In this document: positions 27,180-44,934 of the stretch, piece after piece
How positions within the stretch are numbered: position 1 is the stretch's first letter
Layout: every line of letters starts with the position of its first letter
Assembly: GCF_009914755.1 (NCBI RefSeq)
Contig: NC_060927.1
From: the human T2T-CHM13v2.0 reference genome, Homo sapiens
Reading direction: 5' to 3' (one strand)
DNA length: 64,000 nucleotides
Notes under the pieces: model-generated
What the model was told of the DNA's origin: nothing
What the model saw: only the letters and a program-made list of their open reading frames with translations
Database searches by the model: none
Translations under genes and position numbers: made by a program

Positions 27180-27592
27180 GTTTGTACCCTGGTGCCTTCT
27201 TATCTTGAGCCCCTGCACCTCTCTCCACCTGAAGGCTTTCTTGGCCACAGAAGTAACTTGCCAGCACATGGAGAGAGTAGGAGTTCTGAGAATTAACTCT
27301 CCCAAGATTAATCCTTAGCCCTGGTGGATGAATATCTCAGCGTCTTCCCTTCTTGGTGTCTGAGTTTTAAGGGATATGTTCTACATTGTCTCTCTGAGGA
27401 TTCCTGGCCAGATTGAGTTCCAGGTGCCTGCAGTGGTAACCTGCTCATTAGCCCATGATTTCTAGACTTTTCTTCCCTTCCTGCCTCCTTTCCCTACTCT
27501 CTCGTTATGCTTCCTTAGATAATCTTCCAACCAAACTACCTTCCCCCGGTCTTTGCCTCAGGGTCAGCTTTTGGCAGAAGCCAAAGCAAGAC
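27180..27592 (+). mobile_element. ERVL LTR (LTR16-like)
   Basis: gattgagttccagg...gtggtaacctgctc...gcctcagggtcagctttt...caaagcaagac. Confidence 0.55.
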
Positions 27593-27609
27593 CTCCAGTT
27601 TGGAGTTGG

Positions 27610-27676
27610 CACAGTCCAAGACTGAAATCAAGGTCAAGCCCTAGGGACTGGACCTTGATTTCACACTTGGGCTATG
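27610..27676. other. Near-perfect palindrome/hairpin
   Basis: TGAAATCAAGGTC (27623-27635) pairs with GACCTTGATTTCA (27651-27663); outer CCAAG/CTTGG; central CCCTAGGG. Confidence 0.85.
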
Positions 27677-28602
27677 TATGTGCCCAGTGGGGAGGAGGAA
27701 GCCTGGTAATGGGTGTATTCTCAGCAAACAATAGCAGAAACCTCACTAGGGACTGGGTGGTCATGATTTTGGTCAGAGAAGGTTGTATTTGGTTGACTTC
27801 AGAGCAGTAAGGCTAATTCCTGATACCATCAGCTGGTGGGCTGGAGTTCCTAACATGACCCTGTCTGGATCAGGGCTCACTCTGGAGCTGGTGATGAGAC
27901 CTCCAGGCCGCATGCTAAGCAGAGCTAGAAAGGCAGGAGAGACAATGGGTGGCACCCATGCATACGAGAATGCAGGCTTTTCAAAAGGGTGGGAAGCTGA
28001 ATGATTAGCTTCTCCTGGATGAGAAGTGGAGGGAGCACTGGATCTAGGGCTGTGGAGTTTGAGATCAAGAGCAGATGCTCTAAGGAGGAGTTGTAAAGAG
28101 GCAGGGATGCCCTCACCTGCTGAATTAGGCTTTTTGTCCTTACTGAGGGCAAGTCATCGCATTTCTCTATGGGCTCTGGAAACCTTCTGCACAGGTCAAT
28201 ATCAAACTATTTAACAACCAGTGAGACCAACCAAAAGGACCCTTGTGTGATTGGCCAGAAGGCCCTATGAGTGCACCTTTGATGGGCACCAGTCCTGCTC
28301 AAAGTCCAGTGGGGTCAGTTTCTAAAGTAAGGTCCATTCACAGGTAGTAGAAGAATTCCAGTGGGATAAATCTTTCTAGGTGCACCAGAAGTCACCGTCT
28401 CTCTCTTCTGCAAATTATTGGCATGATTGCAGGAACAAGCTCACATTATCTGGCTTTGTTGCCCTCTCTTTGAATCTCCACACTCAGACCCAGGAGAGTG
28501 GAGCATGGGAGAAGGGAGGAGGAGGCTCTAACTTGGAACCTTCAGTGTTCCCATGTGCAAACTGTGAGATCCAGTTTCCTTAAATTTCTCCGTTTTCTCA
28601 TT

Positions 28603-28606
<4 letters not shown>

Positions 28607-28642
<36 letters not shown>
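28607..28642. repeat. (GT)18 microsatellite
   Basis: Read directly from the sequence. Confidence 0.98.
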
Positions 28643-28644
<2 letters not shown>

Positions 28645-28646
28645 AT

Positions 28647-28775
28647 CAGAGTCAAGAGTAGGGCAAGTGTCTAGGTTGCAAAATTTAATTAGGCACTCCT
28701 TCTCAGATTTGCACAGACCTGGGAGTGATTTTGCACCCTGGATTCTCAGCTTGCCTTTCCCTAATCCTGACCCTG
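28647..28775. mobile_element. hAT-Tip100 MITE (MER91-like)
   Basis: Imperfect TIRs cagagtcaagagtaggg / ccctaatcctgaccctg; internal gcaaaat / attttgc inverted pair. Confidence 0.65.

Positions 28776-28829
<54 letters not shown>
28776..28829. repeat. Compound (GT)12(GA)n microsatellite
   Basis: Read directly from the sequence. Confidence 0.97.
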
Positions 28830-28830
<1 letters not shown>

Positions 28831-28884
28831 TGAGATAGAGAGAATAATGGTGATGGGGCCTTCCTACTCTAACAAGAATACTTA

Positions 28885-29030
28885 TTGCTATCATTTATGG
28901 AGCATTTACTATGGGTCTGACACTGTCTGAAGTGCTTTTCTTACATTATTTCCCTTAGCCCTCACAACAACCTTATTTGGTGGATATTATTCCTGTTTCA
29001 CAGATATGAAAACTAAGGCTCAGCTAGAAA
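28885..29030 (-). mobile_element. MIR SINE
   Basis: catttatggagcatttactatg...tttcacagatatgaaaactaaggctcag. Confidence 0.75.
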
Positions 29031-31699
29031 GAGATTTGCTGCCAGATTCTGAGCACACTTAACCTCCAAAGCACACAGACCCATAGCACTTTGTTTCCAC
29101 AAACCTCTATGGGTCTAAGTCCTCATGTGATGTACAACCCCTCTGCCTCTCTTTAAGGAGAAGTAGAATGCCAAATTATAAACTAACATGACAGATCAAT
29201 AAAGAGTGGATGATTTTATTTTGAAAGCATTCTCCAGTTTATGGAGCAATTCCCATAAGAAGTTTTCCTTGTGAACTGAATTCAGAATCTGATGTGTAGT
29301 TCTGTTTCCATGGGACTTTATTTCTATCTCCCCTATCACTTATTCAAAGCAATAAGAATGATTTTTATATATGGACCTGTTTTGAGAAGAGTAGAATTTT
29401 TCACCATTTCTCCTCAAGTCTTCAAGCCTTTCTTCCATGCAGTGGTTATAATCCCCATTTAGCAGATAAGAAAGGGCACAGAGAAACGAAAGGCTCAGAC
29501 CAGTGAATGGGGGCAAATCTGGACCTAGAACACACAGACCCTACACACCTGCCTGAGTACCCATGGACTCTTCCTGGCTGCCTTTCCTAACCTAAGCCTT
29601 GAGGAAGAAGAAATTTCATTTGAGAAAGTTCCTGGAAAGTCTGCATGGTCAGCATGGAGTAGCTGCCTGTTTCTCTTAAACTCCTCAAGGTGTGATTTTT
29701 CTAGTGCCCAAAGGGCGTTTGTTTCTAGCTCAGCTTCACACAGGCTTCCACCTATTCGCATGTCCAGAAAGCTATGAAAAAAGGCTGGGATGAAGCATGA
29801 TTTTAGGCAGCTCATTGGTACTTTCCATGCCAATCTGCAGGAGAAAGCAAGCTTTTAGAGGGCAACTGTGAGTCACCCAGGAATCTTGATGTATCTGTGC
29901 CTAGGAAAATCACAGAGCTCCAACTGGTGCCTGAAATTTTCATGTGGCTTTAAGAGCTGCTCCCCATCATTGCACATGCGGTTATGGCTTTCCTCCATGG
30001 GCTGGTTTATGTTCTCACTGGCGCCCTGTGCTCCAGGCAGCCACTGCTTTAGCCACTGCTTAAAGAGCATGAGCTGTTTAGTGCAAATTCTGCCCTTAAC
30101 AAGCACACACCTTGCTCACAAAGGCTTGGGAGCACCCTCATTGAATAATAAACTAGTTTTCAGTAGGGACAAATGTTGTAAACAATGGCACCTTCTCTCC
30201 TGTGAAATGTATCTGCCCAAACACCAGTAGGCCAGAGCAGGTGTCATTATTATTCTTATATAAGCTTTGTGATCAGCTGCAAATCAGGGGCACTCCACTG
30301 ATTGGTAGACCATGACTTTCATTAAGGCTTAATGTAATAAATGGCCATCTGTGGAACGTCTTGGTATTTCATAGGATTACTCACAAAGACATGCTCCACA
30401 GACTTTATGTATTTTTATTTTGTGTCTATTTTTATATACTCAGCCTCATTCCACAGTGGAATTGAGTTAACATACAAAAGAAATACATACAATAAAATTG
30501 TAAAATATAGCTTAGAGTTAAAAATTCAGGTCTAAAGAATATAAACAATCACCTCTTTTGCTTTTTCTCTTTCTTTCCTATTTTTGGGGTCTCTAAAAGT
30601 GAGCTTAATTTTTTTTTGGACAATCAGAGCATAAATAAAATAGGCAGAAAAGCCAACAAGACCTAATAATAAGAAGTCAGGAATAGGAAGGAAAGAAATT
30701 CAAATACACAGGCTATCAGTGTCTCCATGTAAGTGCTGGAATCTTGCCTCAATTCTGGCTCTGAACTTTATGACAGCCCAAGTAGAAAGGGAAAAAGAAT
30801 CAGTCATACATTTCTTATTTATCAGACAGAACACAATATATATCTGTTTTTTAGGAGGGTAAAGATTTTGGTACTTGACTCTAAAAGAAATTTCTCAGGT
30901 GTAAGATTTCAGAGGTATCATTCACTGCTGGGGTGGGCAGCAGCTTCCCAGAGCAATTCTTTGGAGGCCAATGGAGGATAGGGAGTGGGAGCTGGGGACA
31001 AGATCAGCTTTCTGGAGACTGGTTTCATTCAAAGATGTCAGAAGCCCTGGGGAAATTCCAGCTTGTTTTCATAAATGTCTCTTGTTCTGGGGGGCCCTGG
31101 GTGGAGGTTGGGCAGCTCCAACTGGCTGTTGGAGGCTGTGTTCTCTGAGAAGGGCCTGGAGGGCAGGGTCATGCTTATGCATAAGAGTGGAGCCTCAGAA
31201 ACGGAGGCAGGTTCTGGACCAGCATGGGCTGCTGTTTTCATGCCCAAAACCAGAAATGCCACAGGTACAAAAAAGAAGTGTCTGGATTTCAGGAACCAAC
31301 ACAGATGGTAGGAGAAAACCCTAGGACATTGAAGGTGGTAGGGTCCCCGTGTGGGGTAACAGTGGCAGGGCTGGGGCCACAGGTGGCAGCAATGCCCTTT
31401 TTCTCCCACATTTCCTGGGTGGAGGATTGCCCACTGGGTCCCTCTCCCACAGGGCAGGAAGGGATCCTGCCAGAGAGAGATTCTAGAGTGATAGCAGAGC
31501 AGTGGATGGTCCCCCAACCCAGCCCTGAGGGTCATCCACTTCAGCAGAGGGTGGTCCCCTCTGGGGGGCAAGCTTGCCTGGGGGTTAAGCCCAGAGTGTG
31601 CTCTACAGACTCTACCCTGAAGAGGTGCCCTGGAGGAGCACTGGTGAGTGTTCTCCATTCCCAGCCAGGTGGCAGTCCTAGCTGTCAGCTGACAGTCCC

Positions 31700-32900
<1,201 letters not shown>

Positions 32901-33231
32901 GAGTAAAGGTGAAGAAATAATCCAGTACAGTTTATGACTGCCTAGATAAGTAATGACCTAAGCACATGTCCATAACATTGTGGACCTAAAATGCCAGACC
33001 ACACCAACATTGCAGGGGTGTTGGTGTGGGCTGGAGAAGGGGCAGAGCGGGAGAGATCAGAGGGAAGTGGGAGAAGGTTAAGTTGCTGTCTTATTCCAAT
33101 GGGACATACATGTGGACAGGTATGTCCATGGAGTGCTCATGAATTGCAGCCTCAGGCAGTAGCCACTTTCCACTCCCTAATCCTGCACCAAGGCACCTGA
33201 TGCAAGGCAGGCTTTCTTAACAAACACCAAC

Positions 33232-33593
33232 TATTATGGAATGCTTGTGTCTCCTCCAAATTCATATGTTGACATCCTAACCCCCAATGTAATGGTTTTA
33301 GGAGGCTCGGCCGTTGGGGCTATTAGGTCATGAAGGCAGAGCCCTTATGAATGAGATTAGTTCCTTTTTTCCCAGAAAAGATATGAAAGCTTGCTCTCCC
33401 TCTCTGCTCTCTGCCATGACAATATACAACGAGAAGATAGCCATTTGCAAACCAAGAAGTAGGTCAGACACCAGATCTGCTGACACCTTGGTCTTAGACT
33501 TCCTAGCCTCAAAAACTGTGAGAAATAAATGGTTGTTGTTTAAGCCACCCAGTCTATGGTAATTTATTATAGCAGCCCAAATGGGCTAAGACA
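33232..33593 (+). mobile_element. MaLR solo LTR (MLT1A/MST-like)
   Basis: ccaaattcatatgttga...gtgagaaataaat...ctaagaca; flanks ccaac/ccagc. Confidence 0.8.
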
Positions 33594-34009
33594 CCAGCCA
33601 CAACAAGCATCATTACTCTCTTCTTCCTCCTCAACAACAGTGGCTCTGAATCATGCTCCTTAAATAAGGAAGACTCCAGAACAAATCCATGGATTCCCCA
33701 GAATTGGGGCTGCGAAAGCCTCTTTTGCGACTAATTGGATTATGACACTCTTATTAGGTGAGGGCTGGACCACTCCCTGCCTATCCTTTGCATCCATTCC
33801 CAGGAAGCTTAGAGCTTAGTCGTCTGGCTGAATGCAGTCCCTCAGCTTGGCTTCATTTTTCTAGGGTCATTTTTTCTCTCCACCCTCTCCATCCTCACAC
33901 CCTCTCTACCCAGCCCTTCTCTTCTACTTATCCCTGGACTTCACTTATAAAAGTTGTTTTTTGACACACTTTTGAAGACTGTATGAGGCAGGGCTAAATT
34001 GGAATCTGT

Positions 34010-34230
34010 GTCTACAATAAAGTGGTTAGAGAATGAGTTTTGGAATCTCACATGTATTGGCTGTGTGATCTCAGACAAGTTAGCCCCCTTCTCTGTGTTC
34101 CAGTTTCTGTATCTGTAAAAGGAGGAATGCAAATAAGCCTCGTATCGGGGGTTGTTGCGGGACTGAGATCATGCAAGGAAAGGGCTTGGCATAGTGCTTG
34201 GAACATGTTAAGTGCCCAATAAATGTTAAT
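34010..34230 (+). mobile_element. MIR SINE
   Basis: gctgtgtgatctcagacaagtt...cagtttctgtatctgtaaaa...caataaatgtta. Confidence 0.75.
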
Positions 34231-34394
34231 TCAGGGGCCAATACCATATCCTTTCTCTGTCTAGTCTTTTGTTTTTCCCTGGTATGACACAACTATTTTA
34301 AAATATGCACCAGTGACCATATAGAAGTCTTGCTGTTGGGTCTTTCTCCGCAAGATGGAAAGTAGTCTTCTCCATATTTTAGAGAAAAAAAATA

Positions 34395-34480
34395 CACATA
34401 TACACATATATGTATGTGTGTGTGGTTGTGTATATACACACACATATACACATACATTTTACATATGTGTGTGTGTGTAT
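34395..34480. repeat. Degenerate (CA/TA/TG)n alternating purine-pyrimidine tract
   Basis: Read directly from the sequence. Confidence 0.85.
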
Positions 34481-35569
34481 AGAAAGAGGGAGAGGTGGAG
34501 AGAAAGAGACAGAGCTGTGAGCTTGTGATAGTTGGCTGAAGTTGATACTTTGGCTTGGAGCCATCCACACATTCAGTTTGCAATTGAAGTTGTTGCCATG
34601 CATGAACCCACTAGATAGCATCTCATTTTCCCAGCAAGGGCATCTTATTTTCATGCTAGTGGGTGCTTTATGAGGGACATCCTCTCCAGTCCCCCAAGCC
34701 TGTCCACCTCTCACTAACATGATGCTGGCTTTGGGCCACTTTCTCTGCTTCTCAAAGCATCCCCTTTATCATTCTATGATGAGGAATAACTTTGAACTTT
34801 GAAAAAGGAACATTAAACAACCTGTTTTAACTTCCTTCTGGCTTCACAGGGCTGTGGCCCCCCTCTGTTGTGGCCCCTCCCTCACTGCTGGATGTCCACT
34901 TCCTGGCAGGACCCAGATCTGTCCCCGCTTCTGAGGCTCACAGTCCCCACCACACACCACCTCCTCTCCAGCCTCTAGGGGCATGAAAGCTGGTCCTAGG
35001 CTTCCCAAGTGTGAGCACCGAGGCCCTTTGGAGAAGCTCCCATTGTGGTAGGGGCAGCAGAGATGAGTAGAGATGCAAGTTAAAAGGTGAGAAGGGAGGC
35101 ACATGAGGCTTTGAAGGCAAAAGACTGCCTGCCCAGCAAATGTTCCCTCTCCACCTGCCAAGTGGAATTTGCTCAAACATATGGAGGCTACATTTGGCTG
35201 CACAGCAGGCTTCCTGGCCAGAAACTCCTGGAGAGTGGAGCCAGACTTGCCTCCGAATTGTACCAGTGTGGCTACTGCATCTCTGCTTGAATGTGCTGCA
35301 GGCATTTCACGACCCAACATGTGCAAACCTGAGCTGCTCCTCCTCTCATCCTCCCCAGCCTTGTAGATGCTTCCCAGCACAGCTGATTGTTAGCTCCTCC
35401 ATGGGCAGGGTCTCACTGGAGCAGGAATCCAGCTGTTCTTGAGAGAAGTACCAAAACCAGACTGTTTGTTGTGATTTCAGGGAAGCCAGGTATTATATTC
35501 CAACACCCAGAACAGTGCCTAGCAGGTAGCAGGGGCTCCATAAAATAAGTTGAGTGAATGGGGAGGGCT

Positions 35570-36072
35570 TTACAGAAAGCAGGATCTCTCTTCTGTTCTC
35601 AGCAAGTCTCCTCTAGGTGGAGGCCTGAGAGAATTAATGTTTGCATTTCCCTGGCAATGGTGGCTGTGGTTCTCCCCTCCTCTAGCTACTGTGAGGGGCT
35701 CTGATAACTCATAGCAGCCCCCTTTCTCTGGAGAATTAACCTTGGGCCACCTCACCCAGGAGGTATGCACACCCTCATCTAAGGCAGCCCACAGAGGACA
35801 ACTTACTGATGTTAAAGGGCTATAAAGCCCTTAATTGCCTCTGTGGTGGGATTTATGTTCCAAAGCCCCCTTAGACTCAAGCCATGGCTAAATATTTTGA
35901 GACCAGATGTCTTTGGCCCCTTCCCTTTCTGTCCTGCTTCTCTCCTTCCCGTGCACCTGAATCATCCTCTCTATCTCTGCTTCCAGCAAAACCCACTGGA
36001 GACATCCCCCCAAGAGACTCCTGCTCTTACTCTGAGCTCAGAACTACTGAATTGGGAAGGGACTTTAGAGAC
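35570..36072 (+). mobile_element. ERVL LTR (LTR16-like)
   Basis: gagaattaatg...cttactgatg...ctctgtggtgggattt...ctctgcttccagcaaaccc. Confidence 0.45.
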
Positions 36073-36618
36073 CAAACTCCTTTAGTTGGAAGGCAAGGAA
36101 ACTGAGGCCCACGGTTGGGGAAAGCCATGTGGTTGGCTAGGAGTACAGCCCATGCTGTTTAGTCTGGCAACTGCTCGAGAGCTCAGGGCATGAGAGTTCT
36201 CACTCTATCTCATAAACCTGTACGCTGTGGTGCTTGGGGGAATTCCCTCACTCCCTGATCTGACTTCATTCTCTTCCTCACCCCTCAGGATTGCCAGGGC
36301 TGGGAAGCTCTACCCTCTATACCAAGACAGCTAGAGGGACTCTGTTCACAGCAAGGAGACACTGTCCCTGTCCTGCCTCTGACTGCAGGAAGGATCCTGT
36401 GCACACTGACAAGGCTGTTGGTGTTTCCTTGACAATGTTGAGGAAGAGGTCAGGTCCACCCCTGGGTGACTGCCCTGGGGGGCCATGCTTTGGAGTGGGG
36501 CACATCTTGAAGCACCTTACCTTTCTTTTTTTCATTATTAATATACAGAAATTCTAAGTATTTCTGTTTATAATTATGCCCACAGTGGACTCCTTTGAAG
36601 TGTGATCCCTTTGGTGGC

Positions 36619-37303
<685 letters not shown>

Positions 37304-37367
37304 GTGGCCCTGCCTGACTGAGATGCTGCGGGCCCAGAAAGCTTTTAGGGAAAAACCTAAAGGAGGC

Positions 37368-37822
37368 TGATATGGGTTATATTATGGCCCCCACAAAAGA
37401 TATGTTGAATTTGTAACCCTAGTACCTCTAAATGTGACCATATTTGGAGCTAGGGTCTTTGCAGATGTAGTTAAGATGTAAATTAGGATGAGGTCCTACT
37501 AGACTGGGGTAGGTCCTTGATTCAATATGACTAGTGTCCTTATAAAAGAGGAGAAGAGAGACATGCAGGGAGAGCCCCATGTGACAAGAGAGGCAGAGGC
37601 TGGAATGACACAGCTGCAAAGCATAGAGACGCCAAGGGTTGGCAGCCACCATCAGAAGCTAGGAAAGAGCAAGGAAGGATTCTACCCAGTGTCTCAGAGG
37701 GAGCACAGCCCAGGTGACATCTTGATCTCAGGCTTTGAGCCCACAGAACAGTGAGAAAATTGATGACTTTGACATATTTAGTTTGTGGTACTTTGTTACA
37801 GCTGCCCTAGGAAATTAATAAA
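37368..37822 (+). mobile_element. MaLR LTR (MLT1B/C-like)
   Basis: agggtctttgcagatgta...agaagctaggaaagagcaagg...tttgtggtactttgttacag. Confidence 0.8.
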
Positions 37823-39301
37823 GGGTTGTTTCTGGAACCCCAGGTTACCACATACTCTATTATCTTTTGGGAAGTGGAGCATCTGAATGGGAACCAGTAG
37901 GAGAATACCAATTAGCCTTTGGTTCCACTTTGGACCCATAGGGAAGTCACAGTTTTCAGAACAAGAACCCAAGAATTAGTGTTCTTGCTTTTCTCCATGG
38001 AAATGTTCTTGGGGATTGTTGTGAGGAAAAGGGACTGTGGAGCAGAGCAGGGAGGAGGGTGCTGTCTGGGAATCAAGTTGTGTGAGTTCTAATACAGGTT
38101 CTGCTACCAATAGCTGGGGCCTTTGGGTGAAACCTTTCATGCCCTAGACTGCTCTCAGTTGTAAAATGGGGAACTGGGTCACACATGTCCATCTGACTTG
38201 CTTTCTCTGGGACACCAATGAGTTTGGTGATGAACTCTGAACCTGGTATCATAACATTCCCAAGCCCCACATTTTCCAGTTTGTCTTGAAGGACTTCTGC
38301 TGCCCTGATCATCTTCTTGAGACCTATAGGTGAGGAAAGACAAATGGTTCCCAAGAAGTTTTGAGTTCAGATTCTGAGTAGCCAGTGTTTCCCTCCCTAC
38401 ACTCAGTTCTGTTTCAAACTTCAGCTCCTTTCATAACCAGCCTCTCCACATGCATTTGTGCCTCAATGGAGGGTTCCCATGAGGATCCTAAAAGGGTCTC
38501 AGCCCTTCATTTTTAACTTTCCTGCCTTTTTAAGCCTGGTGAAGCTGTTGGCTTATCAAGCTGTTCCATGAGTTCTATATAAAGATCTATGGAAAAATTG
38601 TCCCTACTATGCTTATTAAAATGTTTTTAACCAAAATACATAGAATGGCTGAATTGATTAAAAAATAGATCTATTGATCTGTTGCCTACAAAAACACACT
38701 TCACCTATAAAGACACACTTAGACTGAAAATAAAGGGATGGAAAAAGATATTCCATGCCAATAGAAGCCAAAAAAAGAGCAGGAGTAGCTATACTCGTAT
38801 CAGACAAAATAGATTTCAAGACAAAAATCATAAGAAGAGCCAAAGAAGGTCTCTATATAATGATAAAGGGGTTAATTTAGAAAGGGGAAATAGCAATTGT
38901 AAATATATATACACCCAACACTGGAGCACTCAGATATATAAAACAAATGTTATTAGAGCTAAAGAGAGAGATAGACTCCAATGCAATAAAAGCTGAAGAC
39001 TTCAACACCCCATTTTCAGCATTGGACAGATCATCCAGACAGAAAATTGATAAAGAAACATCAGACTTAATCTGCAGTATAGAACATATTCTGTAGTGCA
39101 GGTAATATGTTACAGAACATATTCAATGGCTGTGGAATACACATCTTTTCCTCAGCACATGGATCATTCTCAAGGGTAGACCATATGTTAGGTCACAAAA
39201 CAAGTCTTAAAACATTTTAAAAATTTGAAATAATATCAAGTATCTTCTCTGATAATAATGGAATAAAATGAGAAATAAAACACAAGATAAATTGGAAATT
39301 A

Positions 39302-41090
<1,789 letters not shown>

Positions 41091-42470
41091 AAACACAATA
41101 TACCAAAAGCCTATAAGATACAGCAAAAGCAGTACTAAAAGGGAAGTTTATAGCTATAAGTGCCTACATCAAAAAGAGGAAAAACTTCAAATAAACAACC
41201 TAATGATGCATCTTAAAGACCTAGGAAAGCAAGAGCAAACCAAACCCCAAACTAGTAGAAGAAAAGAGATATTAAAAGTCAGAACAGAAATAAGTGGAAT
41301 TGAAATGAAGAAAACAGTACAAAAGATTAATGAAACAAAGTTGGTTTTTTGAAAAGTCAGACAAAATTGACAAATCTTTAGCCAGACTATGAGAAAAAGA
41401 GAGAAGATACAAATAAACAAAATGAGACATGAAAAAGGAGGCATTACAACTGATACCATATGATCAACTATATGCTAATAAGTTGGAAAATCTAGACAAA
41501 ATGGGCAAATTCCTAGACACATGTAACCCACCAAGATGGAACCATGAAGAAATCCAAAACCTGAACAGTTCAATAACAAGTAAAGAGACTGAAGCCATAA
41601 ATAAAAGTCTCCCAGTAAGAAAAGCCAATGGCTTCACTGCTGAATTCTACCATTTAGAGAAGAGATAATACCAATCCTACTCAAACGATTCCAACAAATA
41701 GAGGAGGAGGGAATGCTTCCAAACTCATTCTTTAAGGCCAGTATTACTCTGATAGCAAAACCAGAAAAAGACATTTAAAAAGCAAAGAAAACTGTGGGCC
41801 AAATATCTCTAATGAATATTGATACAAAAATCCTCAACAAAGTACTAGTAAACCCAATTCGACAATACATTAAAAACATCGTTCATCATGACCAAGTGAG
41901 ATTTATCCCTGGGATGCAAGAATGGTATGACATACACAAATCAGTCAATATAATACATCACATCAACAGAATGAAAGACAAAAACTATATGATCATGTCA
42001 ATTAATACTGAAAAAGCATTTGATAAAATTCAATATTGCTTCATGATAAAAACCCTCAAAACACTGGGTATAGAAAGAACATACCTCAACATAATAAAAG
42101 CCATATATGATGAACTCACAGCTAGTATCACACTGAATGGGGAAAAACTGAAAGCCTTTCCTCTAAGATCTGGAACACAACAAAGGATGCCCACTTTCCC
42201 CACTGTTATTCAACATGGTACTGGAAGTCCTAGCTAGAGCAATTAGACAAGAGAAAGAAATAAAGGGCATCCAAATTGGAAAGGAAGAAGTCAGATTATC
42301 CTTGTTTGCAGATGATATGATCTTATATTTGGAAGAACCTTACTCCACAAAATTCTTAGTCCACAAAGAACTGATAAACAAATTCAGTAAAGCTGTGGCA
42401 TACAATATGAACACATAAAAATCGGTAGCATTTCTATATGCCAAGAATGAAGAATCTGAAAAAAATTTAA

Positions 42471-42935
<465 letters not shown>

Positions 42936-44934
42936 GACTGAGAAAGAAATTGAAGAGGACACCAAAAATATGGAAGAATATATCATGTTCATGGATTGGA
43001 AGAATCAATATTGTTAAAATGTCCATAACTACCCAAAGCAATCTACAGATTCAATGTAATTCCTATCAAAATACCAAGGACATTCTTCACAGAAACGGAA
43101 AAACAACCCTAACATTTATATGAAACCCCAAAAGACCCAGAATGGCCAAAACTATCCTAAGCAAAAAGAACAAAACTGGAGGAATCACATTACCTGACTT
43201 CAAATTATACTACAGAGCTACAGTAACCAAAAGAGCATGGTATTGGCATAAAAGCAGACATATAGACCATATGGAACAGAATAGAGAACCCAGAAACAAA
43301 TCCACATGCTTATAGTGAACTCATTTTCAACAAAGGTAACAAGAACATACACTGGGGAAAAGACAGTTTCTTCAATAAATGGTGCTGGGAAAAATGGATA
43401 CCATAAGCAGAAGAATGAAACTAGACCCCATATGTCTCACCATATACAGAAGTCAAATCAATATTGGCTGATGACTTATACCTAAGGCTTCAAACTATGA
43501 AACTACTGCAGGAAAACATTGGGGGGAAACTCTCCAGAACATTGGTCTGTGCAAAAATTTCTTGAGCAATACCCCATAAGCACAGGCAATCAAAGCAAAA
43601 ATGGACAAATGGGATCACATCAAGTTTAAAAGCTTTTGCACAGCAAAGGATACAATCAACAAAGTGAAGAGACAACCCACAGAATAGGAGAAAATATTTG
43701 CAAACTACCCATCTGACAAGGGATTAGTAACCAGAGTATATAAGGAAGTCAAACAACTCTACAAGAAAAAAACTCTAATAATCCAATCAAAAATGAATGA
43801 AAGATTTAAATAGACACTTCAAATGGGAAACACACAGCCACATGAAAAGGTGCTCAACACCATTGATCATCAGAGAAATGCAAATCAAAACTACAATGAG
43901 ATATCATGTCACCCCAGTTAAAATGGCTTGTATCCAAAAGACAGGCAATAACAAATGCTGGTGAGGGTGTGGAGAAAAGGGAACTCTCATACACTGTTGT
44001 TGGGAATGTAAATTAGTACAACCACTATACAGAACAGTTTGGAGGTTCCTCAAAAAACTAAAAATGGAGCTACCATATGACTCAGCAATCCCACTGCTGG
44101 TTATAGAACTAAAAGAAAGTAAATCATTATATCGAAGAGATATCTGCACTCCCATGTTTGTTGCAGCACTATTCACAATAGCCAAGATTTTGAAACAACC
44201 TAAGAGTCCATCAACAGATGAATGGGTAAAGAAAATGTCACTATTCAGCCATAAAAAAGAATGTGATTCTGTTATTTGCAACAACATGGATGTAACTGGA
44301 GATCATTATGTTAAGTGAAATAAGCCAGGCACAAAAAGACTAACATTGCATGTTTTCATTTATTTGTGGGATCTAAAAATCAAAACAATTGAACTTATGG
44401 AGAGTAGAAGGATGGTTACTAGAGGCTAGGAAGGGTAGAGGTGTGGTGGGGCATGGGGAGGTAGGGATGGTTAATGGACACAAAAATTAGAATAAATAAG
44501 ACCTAGTATTTGATAGCACAACAAAGTGACTATAGTCTAATAATAACTTAATTGAACATTTAAAAATAACTAAAATAATATAATTAGATTGTTTGCTGCA
44601 CAAAGGATAAATGCTTGAGGTGATGGATACCCCATTCTCCATGATGTGATTATTATTCATTGCATGCTTGTATCAAAACATCTCATGTACCCCATAAATA
44701 TATCCACCTAGTATGTACTGACAAAAATTAAAAATATAAAATTAAAACATTTAAAAAAATTTTAAACTTTTCCAAGCTTACTTTAAAAATATTACTCAGT
44801 ACAACTAACAAAGTAATACAAAGTAACACATATATAGAGAAAAAAGTTTAACCATTTCCACCTGCTTGCTTCTCCATTCCTCGCTTCTCTGACAATGTCA
44901 CTTCCTTATTCATACTTCAAATCAACTGTTAACT

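Noticed and set aside
31370-31680. CTCF-like CAGGTGGCAG motifs
   Set aside because: 5' core positions mismatch the consensus
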